Shown: piece by piece, positions 61,383 to 64,000 of the stretch
Layout of the letters: each line of letters opens with the position of its first letter
Numbering within the stretch: position 1 is the first letter of the stretch
Source of the DNA: Nitrospirota bacterium
GTDB taxonomy: Bacteria > Nitrospirota > Nitrospiria > 2-01-FULL-66-17
Assembly (NCBI GenBank): GCA_049325335.1
Contig: JBMOMC010000045.1
Span: forward strand, 114,032 to 178,031
Length of the DNA stretch: 64,000 nt
Reading direction: 5' to 3'
Made by a program: the position numbers and the translations under genes
Notes under the pieces: model-generated
Seen by the model: the letters and a program-made list of their open reading frames with translations, nothing else
What the model was told of the DNA's origin: nothing
Database searches by the model: none

Positions 61383-62543
61383 ATGACCACTCCGGCTCAG
61401 ATGCCCGGGCGACGGCTGCGGTGTCCGGAGGGCTATACCGCCTTTGTGCCGAACCCACTCCCTCCGGCCCTAGCCTGGACCCCGGAGTTGGTGCGGGCGC
61501 TCTCCGACGCGGATCGTTTGATCGGTCGATTGGCGGGCGAAGGGGGCCGGTTGCCCAACCCGCATTTGCTTATCCGTCCGTTCGTCAGGAGGGAGGCCGT
61601 CCTTTCCAGCCGTATCGAAGGCACGCAGGCTACATTGGGCGAGTTGTTGGCCGCGGAGGCCGGCGCCGTGGTGGATCGCAGCCCGACCGATCTTCGCGAG
61701 GTAAGCAATTACGTCACCGCACTGGAGTACGGGGTCAAGCGACTGGCCACGCTTCCGCTGTCGCTTCGCTTGACCCGTGAAATCCACGAAAAACTTCTGA
61801 CCGGCGTGCGTGGCGCACATCTGACGCCGGGAGAGTTTCGGCGTTCGCAAAACTGGATCGGCAGGCCTGGGTCCACATTGGCGGACGCGATCTATATTCC
61901 TCCGCCGCCGTCCGAGCTGATGACGTGTCTCGGCGCATGGGAAACATTTCTTCACGATCGGTCGCTGCCGCCGTTGGTGCAGGTGGCGCTGGCGCACTAT
62001 CAATTCGAAGCGATTCACCCATTCTTGGACGGGAACGGCCGTGTGGGGCGACTGGTCATCACGCTGTTCCTCGTCGAACGCGAAGTCCTCCCGACGCCGC
62101 TGTTGTATTTGAGCGCGTTTTTTGAGGCCACGCGATCCGACTATTACGGCGGTTTGCGCGGCATCAGCGAACGGGGGGACTGGTTGCCCTGGCTCGTTTA
62201 TTTCCTCAACGGTGTAGCGCGCCAGTCTGAGGACGCGTTAGGGCGGGCCGAACGCATCAACGGGCTGCTGACAAAATGGCGGACAGCGGTGGCCGGCGCT
62301 TCTTCGAGAGTACCCATGGCACTGGTCGATCTCCTCGCCGCGAATCCCTACATTACGGTCAACGGCGCGGCGAAGAAGCTGAAGGTGGCCTTCACCACGG
62401 CCCAGCGCGCCGTCAACAGACTGGAGAAGCTGTCGGTCGTGAAAGAAGTCAGCCAGGCTAAACGCGATCGCGTGTATTGTGCGACCACTCTATTGAGCAT
62501 TCTTGAAGAACCGGCCCGGCTCAGCAGCCCGGAGACCGTCTGA
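61383..62543 (+). CDS. Fic-domain protein (class II, N-terminal inhibitory motif, C-terminal HTH)
   Basis: HPFLDGNGRVGR catalytic motif; SSRIEG = (S/T)xxxE(G/N); C-terminal ITVNGAAKKLKVAFTTAQRAVNRLEKL. Confidence 0.93.
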   Translation: MTTPAQMPGRRLRCPEGYTAFVPNPLPPALAWTPELVRALSDADRLIGRLAGEGGRLPNPHLLIRPFVRREAVLSSRIEGTQATLGELLAAEAGAVVDRSPTDLREVSNYVTALEYGVKRLATLPLSLRLTREIHEKLLTGVRGAHLTPGEFRRSQNWIGRPGSTLADAIYIPPPPSELMTCLGAWETFLHDRSLPPLVQVALAHYQFEAIHPFLDGNGRVGRLVITLFLVEREVLPTPLLYLSAFFEATRSDYYGGLRGISERGDWLPWLVYFLNGVARQSEDALGRAERINGLLTKWRTAVAGASSRVPMALVDLLAANPYITVNGAAKKLKVAFTTAQRAVNRLEKLSVVKEVSQAKRDRVYCATTLLSILEEPARLSSPETV

Positions 62544-64000
62544 TGCCGCGCGGGGTCGGCAAGACATCCGGTAACGGCAAACGCCTCGCCACGCAGCAGT
62601 CCGTCAACGGCGCGATCAAGAGTATTTGCGACATCATGCGCCGGTCGAATTGCGCCGGGGCGTTGCAGTACGTGCCGGAACTGACGTGGATTCTGTTTCT
62701 GCGGATTCTGGATGAGCGCGAGATGCACGAGGCTGAAGCGGCCGAGGCCGTGGGCGCGGACTTTCTGCCGTCGCTCCGTAAACCGTATCGCTGGCAGGAC
62801 TGGGCGGCGCCCGAGGGGCCAACGCGCAAAGAGCTGCAGGCCGGTGCGATGGGTGCGTTCTTCGGATTCGTTAATGGCGAGTTGATTCCCCATCTCAAGA
62901 AACTCCGCGAGCGTCCCAACGCCACGCCGCGGCAGAAGGTCTTGAGCGAGATTTTCTCCGGGGTGGAGCGAACGCGCATCGATACCGAGCGCAATTTGCT
63001 CGACGTGCTGGACAAGGTTCACGAGATCAGCGCGGAGACTGTGGACCCCACGCACGTGTTCACGCTCTCCCAAATCTACGAAGGTTTGCTCCTCAAGATG
63101 GGCGAGAAGGGCAATGACGGCGGGCAGTTCTTCACCCCGCGCGAGATCATCCGGGCCATGGTGCGGGTGATCGATCCCGAGATCGGGGAAACGGTGTACG
63201 ACCCCGGCTGCGGAACCGGCGGCTTTCTGGCGCAGGCGTTCGAACATATGGCAGGGCCTAAGCACGCGAACATCAAGTCAGCCGATCAGTTGGAGACGCT
63301 CAAGCGGCACACGTTTTACGGCCGCGAGAAAGACAACGCGATCTACCCCATCGGCCTCGCGAACCTGGTGCTGCACAACATCGACGAGCCGCACATCTGG
63401 CACGGGAACGTGCTGACTGGCGCCGAGACCTACGGCGGTTTGTTCACGGGCGCGCCCGCGCTCTATGACGTGGTGCTGATGAATCCGCCGTTCGGCGGCA
63501 AAGAAGGCAAGGACGCGCAGACGCGCTTTGCCTACAAGACCGGCGCGACCCAGGTGCTGTTTCTCCAACACGTAATCGACAGCCTCAAGCCGGGCGGCCG
63601 CTGCGGGATCGTGCTCGACGAAGGCGTCTTGTTTCGCACCAACGAGACTGCGTTCGTGCAGACCAAACGCAAACTGCTGGATGACTGCGACCTGTGGTGC
63701 ATCGTGAGCCTGCCGGGCGGCGTGTTCACGGCCGCGGGGGCAGGGGTGAAGACGAATCTGTTGTTTTTCACCAAGGGCAAGCCGACCGAGCAGATCTGGT
63801 ACTACGATCTCTCCGATATCAAGGTCGGCAAGAAGACCCCGCTTACACTGGAGAAATTTGAGGACTTCTTCCGCCTGCTGCCGACACGAGGAGACAGCGA
63901 GCGCAGTTGGACCGTCTCGCGGAAAGCGATTGAAGAGAAAAATTACGACATCAAGGCCGTGAACCCCTATGCCAAGAGCACCGAAGATACCCGCACGCCG
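62543..64000 (+). CDS. hsdM: Type I R-M N6-adenine methyltransferase M subunit (runs off the window)
   Basis: Not in the ORF track. From ATG 62543: ...ICDIMRR...GQFFTPREII...YDPGCGTGGFL...MNPPFGG...LPGGVF...KTNLLFF. Confidence 0.95.
   Translation, partial: MPRGVGKTSGNGKRLATQQSVNGAIKSICDIMRRSNCAGALQYVPELTWILFLRILDEREMHEAEAAEAVGADFLPSLRKPYRWQDWAAPEGPTRKELQAGAMGAFFGFVNGELIPHLKKLRERPNATPRQKVLSEIFSGVERTRIDTERNLLDVLDKVHEISAETVDPTHVFTLSQIYEGLLLKMGEKGNDGGQFFTPREIIRAMVRVIDPEIGETVYDPGCGTGGFLAQAFEHMAGPKHANIKSADQLETLKRHTFYGREKDNAIYPIGLANLVLHNIDEPHIWHGNVLTGAETYGGLFTGAPALYDVVLMNPPFGGKEGKDAQTRFAYKTGATQVLFLQHVIDSLKPGGRCGIVLDEGVLFRTNETAFVQTKRKLLDDCDLWCIVSLPGGVFTAAGAGVKTNLLFFTKGKPTEQIWYYDLSDIKVGKKTPLTLEKFEDFFRLLPTRGDSERSWTVSRKAIEEKNYDIKAVNPYAKSTEDTRTP

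Noticed and set aside
62348..63780. Minus-strand ORFs in the last 1.7 kb
   Set aside because: Antisense to hsdM, which the track missed because its stop lies outside the window

Overview
GC-rich bacterial chromosomal window. Gene content and style suggest a Nitrospirota- or deltaproteobacteria-like organism (inference only). From left to right: (1) a complete dcw cluster on the minus strand (mraZ to ftsZ, pgeF, truncated yggS) with MraZ-type GTGGG boxes; (2) a divergent eight-gene sulfur-carrier operon (ThiS-like, CysK-like, E1/MoeB-1, ThrC-like, MoaD/CysO-like ending GG-A, NIL protein, E1/MoeB-2, JAMM/Mec+); (3) a substrate-binding lipoprotein, a chimeric remnant ORF and a six-PAS hybrid histidine kinase; (4) glgC; (5) an accessory islet with a DUF433/DUF5615 TA pair, an IS3 remnant, inverted and tandem REP-like repeats, and DUF5131 plus a frameshifted tcmP; (6) housekeeping genes mutM, tatC, tatB, rimI, tsaB, radA, hsp20-hspR-clpB, a lytic transglycosylase, nadB, a 29-aa bS22/COX24-type ORF missed by the ORF track, an M48 protease and yceD-rpmF-plsX-fabHDG-acpP-fabF-rnc; (7) a type I R-M locus hsdR-hsdS-fic-hsdM, truncated at the window end. 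The best leads are the two-carrier, two-E1, JAMM sulfur relay with a ThrC-like enzyme, and a near-identical 36-bp promoter-plus-palindrome element (CTTGACC-N4-AGCCCG-yAA-CGGGCT-AAkCT) in front of both tcmP-DUF5131 and the type I R-M operon, 23 kb apart. All family calls come from motif recognition; no database searches were run.
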